A DNA stretch of 63,236 nucleotides, the filler included, from Octopus bimaculoides (taxonomy: Eukaryota), in NCBI RefSeq assembly GCF_001194135.2. It is 7 parts of 7 records of this genome, joined end to end, with 100 filler letters (N's around TTAATTAATTAA, not from the genome) between each part and the next. Parts side by side here need not be neighbours in the genome. Positions count along the whole stretch, not along the records: positions 1 to 9,578 come from NC_069005.1; positions 9,679 to 24,381 come from NC_068990.1; 5 more parts are not named here. One strand, given 5' to 3'. Positions 1 to 13,002 of this stretch are shown one piece after another (position 1 is the first letter of the stretch; every line of letters begins with the position of its first letter). The notes under the pieces were generated by a model, which did not search any database, was not told where the DNA came from, and saw only the letters and a program-made list of their open reading frames with translations. Both the position numbers and the translations under genes were made by a program.

Positions 1-31
<31 letters not shown>

Positions 32-779
32 CATATATATGTATGTATGTGTATGCATGATCTGGCAGAATCGGTACTGAACCGGACAAAATACTTAATG
101 CCATTTCTTCCAACTTAACGTTGTGAGTTCAAATGCTGCCGAGATCGTCTTTTACCTTCACTCTTTCGGGTCGACAAAAGAAATTTCTATTGAAAACTGG
201 GATTGATGTAACCGATTTACTTCCTACTCCGAAATTCATGGCCTTGTCTCAAAATTTGAAACAAATATGTAGATATATATGGGACACAAAGTTCGCACAT
301 GATCATACATACACACACACACACCCACAAACATATGTTGGCTGTGTGGTATCTTGCTTATGAACCACATAGTTCCAGATTCAGTCCCACTGCGTGGCAC
401 CTTGGGCAAGTGTCTTCTACTATAGCCTCAGACCGACCAAAGCCTTGTGAGTGGATTTGGTAGACGGAAACTGAAAGAAGGCCGTCGTATATATGTATAT
501 ATGTATGTGTGTGTATATGTTTGTGTCTGTATTTGTCTCCCAACATCACTTGATAACTGATGCTGGTGTGTTAACGTCCCCGTAACTTTGCGGTTCGGCA
601 AAAGAGACCGATAGATTAAGTACTAGGCTTACAAAGAATAAGTCCTGGAGTTGATTACTTCAGCTAAAAACCCTTTAAGGCGGTGCTCCAGCATGGCCAC
701 TGTCAAATGACTGAAACAAGTAAAAGAGTAAACGAGTATATATGTATATATATATATGCCAATATTTTTAGGTATGTTT

Positions 780-812
<33 letters not shown>

Positions 813-822
813 NNNNNNNNNN

Positions 823-858
<36 letters not shown>

Positions 859-1236
859 ATCAGTGGGTATATATGTATGTGTATAGGCGGGTTGCGTTCC
901 AGTGTGATATGAAAGAGTATTAAATTGTAACACTCACAAACAGAAAAATAGCTCAAGTAACGAAAGAAAAGATAATGTCTGTCTCATTTTGGTGCTCTCT
1001 AGAGATGAAGGAATTTAAATTTCCTATTAATCAGGAGGAATTTCATGACAGTGTTTGTTTAAGATTGTGTTTAAGAATTTTCTATTGAACATAAAATATC
1101 AGAAACGTTAATATTGTTGCTTGTTTGAAGAAATACAAAAGAAATAGTAATAAATGAATTGAAAGTAAGGAGAAAGAGTGAAAGTGAAAGAGAGAACGAC
1201 GGAAAGTTACAGAGAGATAAAAAAAAAAGATACATG

Positions 1237-1281
<45 letters not shown>

Positions 1282-1291
1282 NNNNNNNNNN

Positions 1292-1326
<35 letters not shown>

Positions 1327-1594
1327 AGAGAGAGAGAGGGGAGTATTTATCTTAATGAAATATTTAAATAATTGGCAATATACCTGAAGTTTGATATATT
1401 GCTTTAAGTGCAGAATATTATGTAGAGAAACGTAGGATTGCTGGAGATTGTTTGTTTGTCTATTTTTTCTAAACGTTATTCTTATAAACAACAAAAATCT
1501 GGCTAATACCACCATAAGCACAAGCTAATTGGCAGCGAAGATAATTAGTAGTCTGTTACAATTCAGGAAATACGTACGGTTTTATATGCCAAAT

Positions 1595-1830
1595 GTTTAA
1601 TAGAGCAGGTTTCGTTTTATAGAGTAGGGTACGTTTAAGAGAGCTGGTTTCATTAGACAGAGCAGGTTTCGCTTGACAACATATTTTGTTTTGATTCATA
1701 GACCAGGTTTCTTTTAATAGATATTCCGTTTAACGGGGCAAGTTTTTTTTTTTTAAGAGCACGTTTCGTTTAGTAGTGCAGGTTATTATTAAGAACACAG
1801 GTTTCGTTTAACAGGGCAGATTTTGCTTAA
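1595..1830. repeat. Degenerate ~19-20-bp minisatellite (TAGAGCAGGTTTCGTTTAA)
   Basis: Recurrent GCAGGTTTCGTTT motif. Confidence 0.7.
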
Positions 1831-2429
1831 TAAAATAATGTTAGTGAAGTAGAACGCTCGTTAAGGTACAGGAAAGATTTCTAAGAATTTTATCTGGGTT
1901 CATGATACTCACGTAATGCGGATATGCCGACACATTCATCCGTTCATTTTATGTCTCAGTACAAAAAGATACAGAAGCCATGTGAGGAGCAATCATGTTG
2001 CAACAAGTACATGGTGCCATATGGTTCTGATAATTTACCATTGTCACCACCGATAAAAAAAAAAAAACAGTACAACACAATTATCCGTCTACAGAACAGG
2101 TGATATATACGGTCGACCTGGCTCAGAGTTAGACCAGTCCAAATTCATCAGAGACAGCCAAATTTAAGTTTAACATTCTCTCGCTTTCTCTTTCTTTTCA
2201 TCTCTCTGTCTCTCTCTCTTTCTGTCTCTCTCTCTCCCCCGCTTTCTCTCTTATTTATTGCATGAAGTGGATTTTTTTCCCCAGATAGACATCTCTGGAA
2301 TCATTAATGCTTGTTCCAGCCATGAAAAAGCTATCAGCGACAAGTAACAAGCGCCAAACTCATTGCGAAGACTCTGACTGAAATCTTCAAATTTAGGAAC
2401 TGAACGCACGGATTGACGAACATGGACCG

Positions 2430-2915
2430 TTTTAAATATAGCAGGCTAACTTAAATATAACACGGACTCTGTTAAATATAAGACAAAAAACTGACAGTCT
2501 GAAATATCAACTACAGTGTACTTTTTCTTTTCCAGTCATATTCATAGGTCATGTTGGACCGCTGAACTCTACGCTGTTTTACTTTCTTTCCGTTTTTTTT
2601 TTTTTTTAATTCTCACTCCACTTTTTCCCCTCTTATTCCTTTCTGTCGAAGAGCGTAGGCTCGAAATGCGAAGACGTTTCCATTTTTCCCGAGCGTCAAA
2701 CTAATACACCGGCTCGTTGCACCTAAACCTGTCTTCGTCTTTTGTTTTTCTGTAAATTTGAACTATATACATATACAGACTATAACACGTATACATATAA
2801 CACTTAACTATAACATAAAGTGCCTTAAATATAACAGTGACTTAAATGCTACAGTTGTTATTAATATAACACAAATCTACTTAAACGTAACAGATAGTCG
2901 GAAATATGGCAGCCA
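2430..2915. repeat. Degenerate ~20-bp minisatellite (TTAAATATAACAC...), interrupted by a family B Penelope-like insertion
   Basis: AAATATAACA motif recurs on both sides of ~2520-2775. Confidence 0.6.
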
Positions 2916-3399
2916 GTATAACATATGAGACACAAAAAAAAAAAAATTCTGGCGAATAATGTACCTTTAAATATATCATTCGAGAGCTAAAAACAAAAAC
3001 AAAGAAAAACAATTCGCTGCGCATTGTAACTAGCGATGCATAACAATACTCGATAGTCCGGTCAATACCGGGATATTAAAATATTCACAATAGTGTCTTT
3101 TTGACAAAGTTAACAAGGAGTTATCTATTTCCTGTTCTCACATGAAAAGAAGCAAGAATCTCTTGTGTAACCAGTCTACACGGTAAATCGACTTGTCGAA
3201 CACTTCTCTGAAATCTCTACTTTAATAATGGTTTGTTAGAGCTGGTTTAAGGTAAATTTTATATTATTCTCGGCTTATTTCGTATCAAGACGAGGTAGAC
3301 ATTGCTGAACAGCGCTTCACAAAGCCGAACAAAGGCAAGGGAGAGAACATGAAATAATTCACAATGAATATTTAAAACTAGTCGACACACCAGTGTGCA

Positions 3400-4150
3400 T
3401 AGTGTTACAGCAATAATATTATATTAGTGTAATAGCAATTTGTTACAACAGTATTTCGTCACAGCAATAGTTATTTATTAAAATCACAATAGTATCGTGT
3501 TACAACAGAATTAGTTTCTTACTGCTATAGTATCTTGTTGGAGAAAAAGTTTCTTATTGGTCAAAAATAGTAGCTTTATGCGAACCAAATTAGTATCACG
3601 TGATACTAATAGTAATTTGTTACAACAGTAACTTGTCACAGTGATAGTGTTGTATTTAGCAATATTTGGTTATTACTGCAACAGTATTTTCTTAAAACAG
3701 CGTCATATTGCCATAGCGATAATATCTTGTTACAACGATCGTAATTTCTTGCACTAAGTGTCTTGTTACAGCGATGTTACTTTGTTACAGCAATAGTATC
3801 ATTTTCAAAGCGTCATTGGCTTTCTATAGTGTGAGAACCTGTTTTACTATGATAGAACCACGTTACAGTAACAGAAGCTTCTAACAACAATAGTAGTTTG
3901 ATACAGCAATAATAGCTAACTCCACCAATAGTATCCACATACAGGAATATTATCTTGTTACTGCACTAAGTTGCTACGGTAAAACGTTTTTGTTACAGTA
4001 ATAGTATTTGGTTAGAGAAATATTATCTGGTTACAGAACCAGTATCTTTTTCGGCAATAGTATCTTCTTACAACAAGAGTAGCTTTCTAGAGTAAGATAA
4101 TTTCGTTGTAGAAAGAGCAGCTTGTTAAAGCTACAGTTATTATAACAAAA
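3400..4150. repeat. Degenerate ~19-bp minisatellite (CTTGTTACAGCAATAGTAT)
   Basis: Recurrent GTTACA(A/G)CA.TAGTAT motif at roughly regular spacing. Confidence 0.7.
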
Positions 4151-4668
4151 TAAAATGAGGAACTTGTATCTATCTGTATGTTTTATTAAATTTTCTATTC
4201 AATTGTAAAATGGTTCTCATCTTGAAAATATAATTATTTTCAGCAAAATACCAATTAAATACACATAAAGTTAAATGAATATATAAGACATAGAAAAAAT
4301 AAGCAAAAGAACAAAAACAAAATAGAGCGGAGTAAAGGAAGCGAGGAAGGGAGCGAAGAGAAAGAAACGGAAAGAGAAGGAGACAGAGAGAGAGACACAC
4401 TGAGAAAATGAATGGAGAGGAGGAAACGGTAACAGAGAAAGAGTAATTAATGACAGAGGAGAGAGAGAGAGTGATTCAGAGAGAGTGAGAGACACAGAGA
4501 GAAATACACAGTGAGAGAGAAAGACAGACAAAGAGTAAAATAGAAACTCCAAGAAATAATAAAAAGAGGACAAGTGACCGTCTTTACGCACATACATACG
4601 TACATATATGTGTGTGCGTGTGTGTATGTGTGTGTGTACGCACATATATATATATATATATATGACGC

Positions 4669-4746
<78 letters not shown>

Positions 4747-5347
4747 GTGTGTGTGTGTGCGCGCGTATATGTTGACTAATTATGAAGAACTGTCATTATA
4801 ATTCTATTTGGTTAACTAACTTTATAGAGATGTTCGAATCACTCTGGAGAGAAACACAATGAAATATTTATAACGTGTTTCAGCTGCAGATATGTGTGTG
4901 TGTTTCTATGAGCTTGGGTATACATGTGTGTGTTTGATTGCATGTGTATGTGAGTGTGTATGTGTATGTGTATGTGGGGTGGGGTATGTGTATATGTTTT
5001 TGTATATGTTCGTGGCTATCTAAATATATATATATGTGAGCTTTTTCGTGAGCGTGTAGAAAGTGTATGAGAAAACCGATTGGTATTATCTTGTTTCATC
5101 TATATTCACTTACGTATACATACATTGATGTATGTGTGCTTGTGTGTGTGTGTGTGTGTGTGTGTTTGTGTGTGTGTATGTGTATGCATGTGTGTATGCG
5201 CGCGTGTGTATATTATGTCATTGCATATAAATAAACACATACACACATATACATATATATGTTTCATATATATAGCAGATACATTTTTATTAATATTTAG
5301 CAGAAGTAACAGAGAAACTCAAGAGCTACGAGTTTCGTGCATATGCA

Positions 5348-5378
<31 letters not shown>

Positions 5379-5934
5379 TTGTATATTTGTAGATATGTAT
5401 TACGTATGTGCCTATCTGCGTGGAGGTATTTGAGTACACAATATATGTCCGCCATATGTGTGTTTGTGTGTGTGTTCGTATGTAATAAAATCCGTACTGA
5501 CTGGGACTCCAAGTTTCAACCAACATCTTATATACTGAGACTGCGTGAATATACTGTTAGTCTGAAGAAGAAATCCCAGAAAAAAAAACAGTTTTACAAA
5601 TCATTTGATAATACTCTCAGGGATATCTGACCTCATCAGTAAAAAGTTCGTTTTTATTCTTAGATTAGCGTTAAAATGGTAACCTGAAGTTATGACTTAT
5701 GTCATATTATTGCATATGTGTCTGCTTGCGTGTTTGTATCCGTCCGTGCACTTGACATGAACAGTATTAACTATAATTAATCTTCTACTTATCGCTGCTT
5801 ATTCTATAAATGTCAAATATTTGTATCTGCTAAGCGGAAAAATCTGTCAAATATTTCTTGTGAAGAATTAGAATTGATTTATATAGATCAGACGTTATGA
5901 GAAATCGATACCGGAACTAATTTATAGCCCTCAT

Positions 5935-6490
5935 TATTGGTAACTTAATCCCATCTATTTGGCAAATTGTTGATCCCTCAGGCGTAAAACCGATCATTTT
6001 TGAAGCAAAAAACACTCAATATCATTTTTGAATTCTTTTATAATTAATAAGCTGTTTTCCCTCAAAATAATGTTGCAATGATCTGAAAAGACGATAAACA
6101 CATGGACCAATATCAGGAGAGTAAGGACCAAGAGGTGAAAGCTCTGTATTTAATGCCATGATTTATTTTTGAGTCACTTAAGCCATATGTGAGTCCTTAC
6201 AGAATCGCGAAAGACTAACGTTTTATGCGTGACCAACCGAGGATGTTTGTGTTTGCAAATTTTTGTGAAATTCTTCCTTTTCAGGACAGTATTTCTCCGC
6301 ATTCACTGTTTCATTTTGGTTTAACACTTACTTTATTGTAGTCTACACACTTCATATTCCATCAAGGACAGAGCATAATTTTTTCGAGCATAGTCCTGGT
6401 TTGGGGATGAGTGTTCCTTTTTCATTGAGAGTTAGCCATTGTCGTTTTCGCTGGATATATAAACTGGTAAATTCACGTATAACAGTTCAA
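5935..6490 (-). pseudogene. Mariner transposase remnant (C-terminal half)
   Basis: Minus strand KRQWLTLNEKGTLIPKPGL..KK, PYSPDIGPCVYRLFRSLQHYF (YSPDLAP motif) and EFKNDIECFFASK...GINNLPNRW; frameshifted. Confidence 0.8.
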
Positions 6491-7524
6491 TACCGAAACT
6501 AATTTACTGTCCCGGGGAGAAGAAAGCGAAATAATCACCCTTAGCAACACTTGAACTCAGGACATAGAACGATACACAAGGGCTTATTACTAAATAGTAA
6601 ACAACGGTGTTGCAACATTTCTACTATACCCAGTGTTTAAATAGTGAGGTTAAGTATCAGTACGAGGAAATAGCTACAACATACGTCAAAAAACCTTTCA
6701 TACAAGACAAAAAAAGCAAAACAGAAATACAAAAACAGAAATACAAAAACAGAAATCTGCCTTGATCTCTTTGATTATAGTTTTTGATTACAGAACTCCG
6801 AAAGATCATTAAAACCTTTTCATCGACTAGAATCAAAGAAGATTCAGAAATCTATCTGACACCAAAATCACAATAACATATATTTATATACAACGAGTTG
6901 AGTTTGTGTGGCAGAAACTGTTATTCGTGAATAAAACTCCTGTGAACCTTGCGTATTTTATTTTTCTTAATGTTTCTGTATTACTAAAAGAAAATCTGAT
7001 AAGGAGTGCGTGCATAGACAGACCAAATAAAGTAGCTTCATGTCTTTGTACAAACACACACACACACACACACACACACNNNNNNNNNNNNNNNNNNNNN
7101 NNNNNNNNNNNNNNNNNNNNNNNNNNNNNNNNNNNNNNNNNNNNNNNNNNNNNNNNNNNNNNNNNNNNNNNNNNNNNNNNNNNNNNNNNNNNNNNNNNNN
7201 NNNNNNNNNNNNNNNNNNNNNNNNNNNNNNNNNNNNNNNNNNNNNNNNNNNNNNNNNNNNNNNNNNNNNNNNNNNNNNNNNNNNNNNNNNNNNNNNNNNN
7301 NNNNNNNNNNNNNNNNNNNNNNNNNNNNNNNNNNNNNNNNNNNNNNNNNNNNNNNNNNNNNNNNNNNNNNNNNNNNNNNNNNNNNNNNNNNNNNNNNNNN
7401 NNNNNNNNNNNNNNNNNNNNNNNNNNNNNNNNNNNNNNNNNNNNNNNNNNNNNNNNNNNNNNNNNNNNNNNNNNNNNNNNNNNNNNNNNNNNNNNNNNNN
7501 NNNNNNNNNNNNNAGAGAGAAGGG

Positions 7525-7563
<39 letters not shown>

Positions 7564-9578
7564 CTACAGATGCTAGGATTATCCCATAACTTAGTGGTTT
7601 GGAAAGAGGACCAACAGAAGAAGAAGTTCTGAGTTCGTTTTTCGAATAAAAGCATTTCAATTTGGTACCTCAACTTGGTTGTTAGTTTTTAGGACCTCAG
7701 CCATCTTAATGCTTATAATTTTGCTGGTGCAAGATTTTGCTTTCTGACAAGGAAAAGCCAATTGCTGTGATAGATAGAAAAGCAATAGACACCTCCGTAT
7801 GCACCAGCGTTGTCGTGCCGATTCCACAATACGATTGCTAACTTCGGATATTCTTAATATAAAAAAAAACACGCCATTTTAATCGATTAGAACAATGGTC
7901 TCTTTTTACGATTATATATGTATAATTGTTAAACAGGGCAACAATCACATGCACACACCTACATATATCTATATTACAGACAATAAATTTTGAACGGAAT
8001 ATAGCCGTAAAAACAGCAGAAAGATTGTGTATTTTACCCTTATCAGACGAAAAAAAGTTGACAGCAAACGGCTACGGGACTCGAACCCGCACCACTCTGA
8101 TACCGGCCGAGTACTCTACCATTAACTTAGAAAAGGTGTACTCTGACATTCAACACGTAATCAATGTGTCCCCTTATGTTGTTTTTTTTTTTACGCAGTA
8201 GAAATGATGTTAAGATCTGGCTACTACGGCTTTCTAGGAAATCCAGCGACCACATACAGTGTCTCGAAGGGCTATGCTGTTGAATGATTCGGAGGAGAGA
8301 ATAGGATTTTGAATTTAATTACTGTTTAAATTATTCCTTTATGTCATTTGAAAAGAATAACACAAATACAGCTAGTTTTAAATGGTTCTATTAACTTTTC
8401 TTGTTTTCCCATTTGGAAAACAAGATTTATTACAGCATACAGAAAAATGAGAGAAAAATTTTTCTTGGTTCTGAAAATGTAAGAATGTGAAACAAATTGA
8501 GAACCTCCTACTTGGTAAGTTAGTATTTAAATTACGAAACTCCATAAAATAAGACGGAACATTTCAAACCGCTTTCATTGCTGGAGAGCTGCTTTTGAAT
8601 TCATACAGCATGCGGTATCTGGTATGCTTCTCATCTAAACTAATTTTAAAAGGGCAAGCACCGATATGCAATAGTGTAAAGTAATCTGCGAAAAAAGAAA
8701 AGAATATTACAATGTCATGGTTATTTCACCATAGATATTGAAGCAGTTGTCACAAAGTGATCATGTCAAAAACGTCACAAGTCTTTCCAACCAAATATTA
8801 TTTTAAAGTTATAGGTTCTATAATATTGTAATTTCTCTTAAAATAAATGGTTCAATCAACTGAATATCACGCACACACACATACACACAGAAACGTGAAC
8901 TCGCTTTGCCTAGTGTTTAGGGAGTTACACTATAGATCGCTAGATCTTAGGTTCGGAACGTTGTGCAAAACATTTCATTTCACATTGCTCTGCCGGTGGG
9001 AGAGTGGCCGAATTGTTGGCGGCACGTCGGCAGAAATGCACTTCGCTATATTTTTTTGCCTCTCCACATTCTGGTTTCAAATACGACCTGCTAAGGGAAG
9101 GAAACGAGAAACCATTCCAGTATTCTTGTCAGGTCTAGTCATGGAAGCCAAAGTTCCAGTAATCTACTTAACAGTAGAGGAGTGTACGTGTCCTTCAAAA
9201 TTGTATAGAGTGCTAGAAAAGAGTAAGAGAAGAAAACATATCACCTCGACAATGCTGCTATGATGATATGTTTTCTTCACTTACTCTTGTTTTTTGCAAA
9301 CATCCTCAAAATGACTTTCTAAAATGAAATTCCATTATGCAGCTGAGGAGTACATTTTCATTGTACATTCTGTGATGTTCTCACCACATGAATAAATGGA
9401 GCTTGAACGAAACGTACGTACTGCTATAACCTATTGAATTTTAGTTGCTTATCTTAAAATTTTTATTCACCAAATCTCTTGATTTTGTTTTTGGTTTTTA
9501 TCCTACAAAATTTTGGTGCCTCAAACATTTTAAGTACCACATTTAATCTTTTGATTAAATCTATATTATATATATATA

Positions 9579-9678
9579 NNNNNNNNNNNNNNNNNNNNNN
9601 NNNNNNNNNNNNNNNNNNNNNNTTAATTAATTAANNNNNNNNNNNNNNNNNNNNNNNNNNNNNNNNNNNNNNNNNNNN
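9579..9678. other. Artificial 100-bp assembly linker (44N-TTAATTAATTAA-44N)
   Basis: Identical geometry at six sites; the 12-mer is palindromic and places a stop codon in all six frames. Confidence 0.93.
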
Positions 9679-9723
<45 letters not shown>

Positions 9724-10430
9724 GTGTTTGTGTGCGTGTGTATATAAGCACTGTATGCTAAATCTTTTTTCTTTGACGATTAAAATTGTGATGGACTTGG
9801 TGTAGTGGTAGTGGTTAGCGCAGTAAGACCTCTCACTGCAGGTGATGTTCCAGCGGAATAGCACGTGGTTTCTTTGGGACAAGGAAACTTATTCTTAACC
9901 GTAACGAACCGTTTGTTAATGTAAGGTACTGGACCGTGATCAGCTTCCCTCAATAAAACATTTACTGTGCCATTAACTTTGTATTGACGTGTATTGACTA
10001 TATCTTACACTTTTACATACGGAGGACTAATTACCCTCTGTTTCATATACTTGATGGCCGTTGAATGCATTTCGTGAGCAATCACTTTCTCGTTGCAAGC
10101 ATATACTTGTAGCGCGTTTGACAGCTTATCAGCCATAGGACTTCGGATAACTTACCTAGATTTGATTTTGTATTATATAAAAGTTTTTCCTTCTTAGAAT
10201 AGTGATAACCGAAGACGTACATCACTTTGACAAGAACCACACCAACAACTACTCAGGTTTTTTTTAAATTTTGCTCCAATGAACATATATATTTGAACGC
10301 ATATGTATGTATATGTGCATGCATATACATATATATATATACAAATGTACACATACATATATATATATATATATACATACATATATGCATACATACATAT
10401 ATGCATACATATATATATACATATATATAT

Positions 10431-10467
<37 letters not shown>

Positions 10468-10993
10468 NNNNNNNNNNNNNNNNNNNNNNNNNNNNNNNNN
10501 NNNNNNNNNNNNNNNNNNNNNNNNNNNNNNNNNNNNNNNNNNNNNNNNNNNNNNNNNNNNNNNNNNNNNNNNNNNNNNNNNNNNNNNNNNNNNNNNNNNN
10601 NNNNNNNNNNNNNNNNNNNNNNNNNNNNNNNNNNNNNNNNNNNNNNNNNNNNNNNNNNNNNNNNNNNNNNNNNNNNNNNNNNNNNNNNNNNNNNNNNNNN
10701 NNNNNNNNNNNNNNNNNNNNNNNNNNNNNNNNNNNNNNNNNNNNNNNNNNNNNNNNNNNNNNNNNNNNNNNNNNNNNNNNNNNNNNNNNNNNNNNNNNNN
10801 NNNNNNNNNNNNNNNNNNNNNNNNNNNNNNNNNNNNNNNNNNNNNNNNNNNNNNNNNNNNNNNNNNNNNNNNNNNNNNNNNNNNNNNNNNNNNNNNNNNN
10901 NNNNNNNNNNNNNNNNNNNNNNNNNNNNNNNNNNNNNNNNNNNNNNNNNNNNNNNNNNNNNNNNNNNNATATATATATATATATATATATATA

Positions 10994-11135
10994 TTGTCCT
11001 CATCTTGTTTGTTGTTAACACAACGCTTCGGCCTTCATCAGGTGTCTTGGGTAAAGTTGGAATCTGGTTTCTTCTTCCGTCAAATATGAATAATGTAAAT
11101 AATGTAAATAATTTCTCATCTCTCAAATATAGAAC
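10994..11135. mobile_element. Second copy of family A Penelope-like terminus, same inverted architecture
   Basis: TTGTCCTCATCTTGTTTGTTGTTAACACAACG is identical to the stretch at ~48487-48518. The plus-oriented tail CCGTCAAAT..AATGTAAATAAT..CTCATCTCTCAAATATAGAAC matches 48641-48690. Confidence 0.6.
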
Positions 11136-11506
11136 AATGAGATCATTTTCATCCTGTTTTGTTTTTTTATTTTTTTGTATTCCATAATGTTTTTCTATTG
11201 TTGATGATCATCTTTAAATTTTCATCGAGGATTTATTTTTTAATTCTCAAATATCCAGTATTCACCTCCCTTCCGTTGATATGGAATGTGATATACTTAT
11301 ACCGGTGCAGGTGTGGTTGTACGGTAAAATGGTTGCTTCCCAACCACATGGTTTAAGGTTCAGTCCAACATAATGACATGTTGAGAAAGTGTCTTTTACT
11401 ATGGCCTCAAACCTACCACCGCTTGTAAGAAAATTTAGTAGATGGGAACTAAAAAATCACGTCGTATATGTATATACACACACACACACACACACACACA
11501 TACATA

Positions 11507-11544
<38 letters not shown>

Positions 11545-11548
11545 AGTG

Positions 11549-11970
11549 CATGAGTGGCTGTCTGGTAAGTAGCTTGCTTACCGACCACATGGTTCCGGCT
11601 TCAGTTCCACTGCGTGGGACCTTGGACAAGTGCCTTCTACTATAGCCTCTGACCAACCAAATCCTTGTGAGTGGATTTGGTAGGCGAAAACTGAAAGGAG
11701 CCCGTCGTATATAATATATATGTGTGTGAGTGTATGCATATGTCTATGTGTGTTTGTTTGTGTGTCTGTGTTTATCCCCCCACCATCGCTTGACAACTGA
11801 TGGCGGTGTGTTCTTGTACCCGTAACTTAGCGGTTCGGCAAAAGGTACCGATAGAATAAGTACTAGGCTTGCAAAGAACAAGTCTTGGGGTCTATTTGTT
11901 CGACTAAAGGCGATGCTTCAGCATGGCCGCAGTCAAATGACTGAAACAAATAAAAGAGTAAAAGAGTATA
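11549..11970 (+). mobile_element. tRNA-derived SINE family 3 (about 420 bp, internal (TA)/(TG) microsatellite), representative copy. Others (approximate): 337-735+, 15110-15480+, 15515-15625-, 19500-19740-, 20145-20275-, 30640-30795-, 32280-32440-, 51972-52150+, 55465-55610-, 55895-56310+, 59975-60175-
   Basis: Head TGGCTGTGTGGTAAG..GCTTGCTT..CCACATGGTTCC.GGTTCAGT.CCACTGCGTGG.ACCTTGG.CAAGTG; 3' half CCCCGTAACTTAGCGGTTCGGCAAAA..CAGCATGGCCGCAGTCAAATGACTGAAACAAGTAAAAGAG. Confidence 0.85.
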
Positions 11971-12016
11971 TACATATATATATATATATATACATACATA
12001 CATAGATACATACATG

Positions 12017-12063
<47 letters not shown>

Positions 12064-12810
12064 TAATTTACAACACACTCTGGTTTTTACGTTTTTTATT
12101 TTTGTATTTATTTATAAACAATTTTTTTTACACATGTTGAAGAATATTAAACATTAAAAAAATATTTAGTAATGTTTATAAAGTTCAATTGGCGCTTTCA
12201 TACGTTCGTAGTATTCATCAGACAGATGGGTTGAGTGCTTGAAAGCTCTAATAAAATGACCGACTTCTAGAAAACGTGAAGACCAGACAATGTTATAACT
12301 TTATTCAACTGATATGTTATTCTGCTCACACAAACTTCGGTGAATTAGTAGAATCGTTAGCGCATCGATCAAAATGCTTAGACATATTTCGCCCGTTGCT
12401 AGTTTCTGAGTTCAAATTCCAACGTGTTCGGTTTTGCCTTTCATCGTTTCGGAGTTGATAAATTAAATACAAGTTAAACGCTTGGGTTCGACGTGTTCGA
12501 CTGTCCTTCTCCCACTCAAATTTTCAGGCCTTGTGCCTATAGTAGAAAGGACATATACATCTTTGCGTGTGTGCCTTTGTAGCTGTGTTTGTCTATTATC
12601 ACAGCTTGTTTTTTTACGTCGCTGTCATCTTCCAACTCAGCAAGGATAGACCGATAAAGTAAGTACGGGTGTTGATTTATTCGACTAAAACATTCTTCTA
12701 GGCAGTGCCCCAGCATGGCCGCACTCTAATGGCTGAAACAAATAAGATATGAAAACTAAAAGATAGTGCTAATGTGGCTTCTCAAAATGCCTTTTCTAAC
12801 ACAATATTAA

Positions 12811-13002
12811 GGCAGCGAGCTGGCAGAAACGTTAGCACGCCGGGCGAAATGCTTAGCGGTATTTCGTCTACTGTTACGTTCTGAATTCAAATTCCGCCGG
12901 GGTCGACTTTGCCTTTAATTCTTTCGGGGTCGATAAATTAAGTATCAGTTACACACTTGGATCGATGTAATCGACTGCCCTTGTGCCTAGAGTAGAAAAT
13001 AA
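12811..13002 (+). mobile_element. tRNA-derived SINE family 1 (about 200 bp), representative copy. Others (approximate): 61-266+, 12339-12550+, 13610-13808+, 14795-14985-, 21285-21490-, 22343-22555+
   Basis: Head GGCAGCGAGCTGGCAGAAACGTTAGCAC, B-box-like (G)AGTTCAAATTCC, core GTCGACTTTGCCTTTCATCCTTTCGGGGTCGATAAATTAAGTACCAG, tail GGCCTTGTGCCT..GTAGAAA. Confidence 0.85.

Noticed and set aside
2285-2343. Candidate plus-strand exon (IDISGIINACSSHEKAISDK); similar case at ~40860-40955
   Set aside because: Good acceptor but weak donor, no homology recognised and no phase-compatible neighbours.
9623-9634. TTAATTAATTAA as a biological motif (homeobox or piggyBac sites)
   Set aside because: Always centred in exactly 44+44 Ns; artificial.
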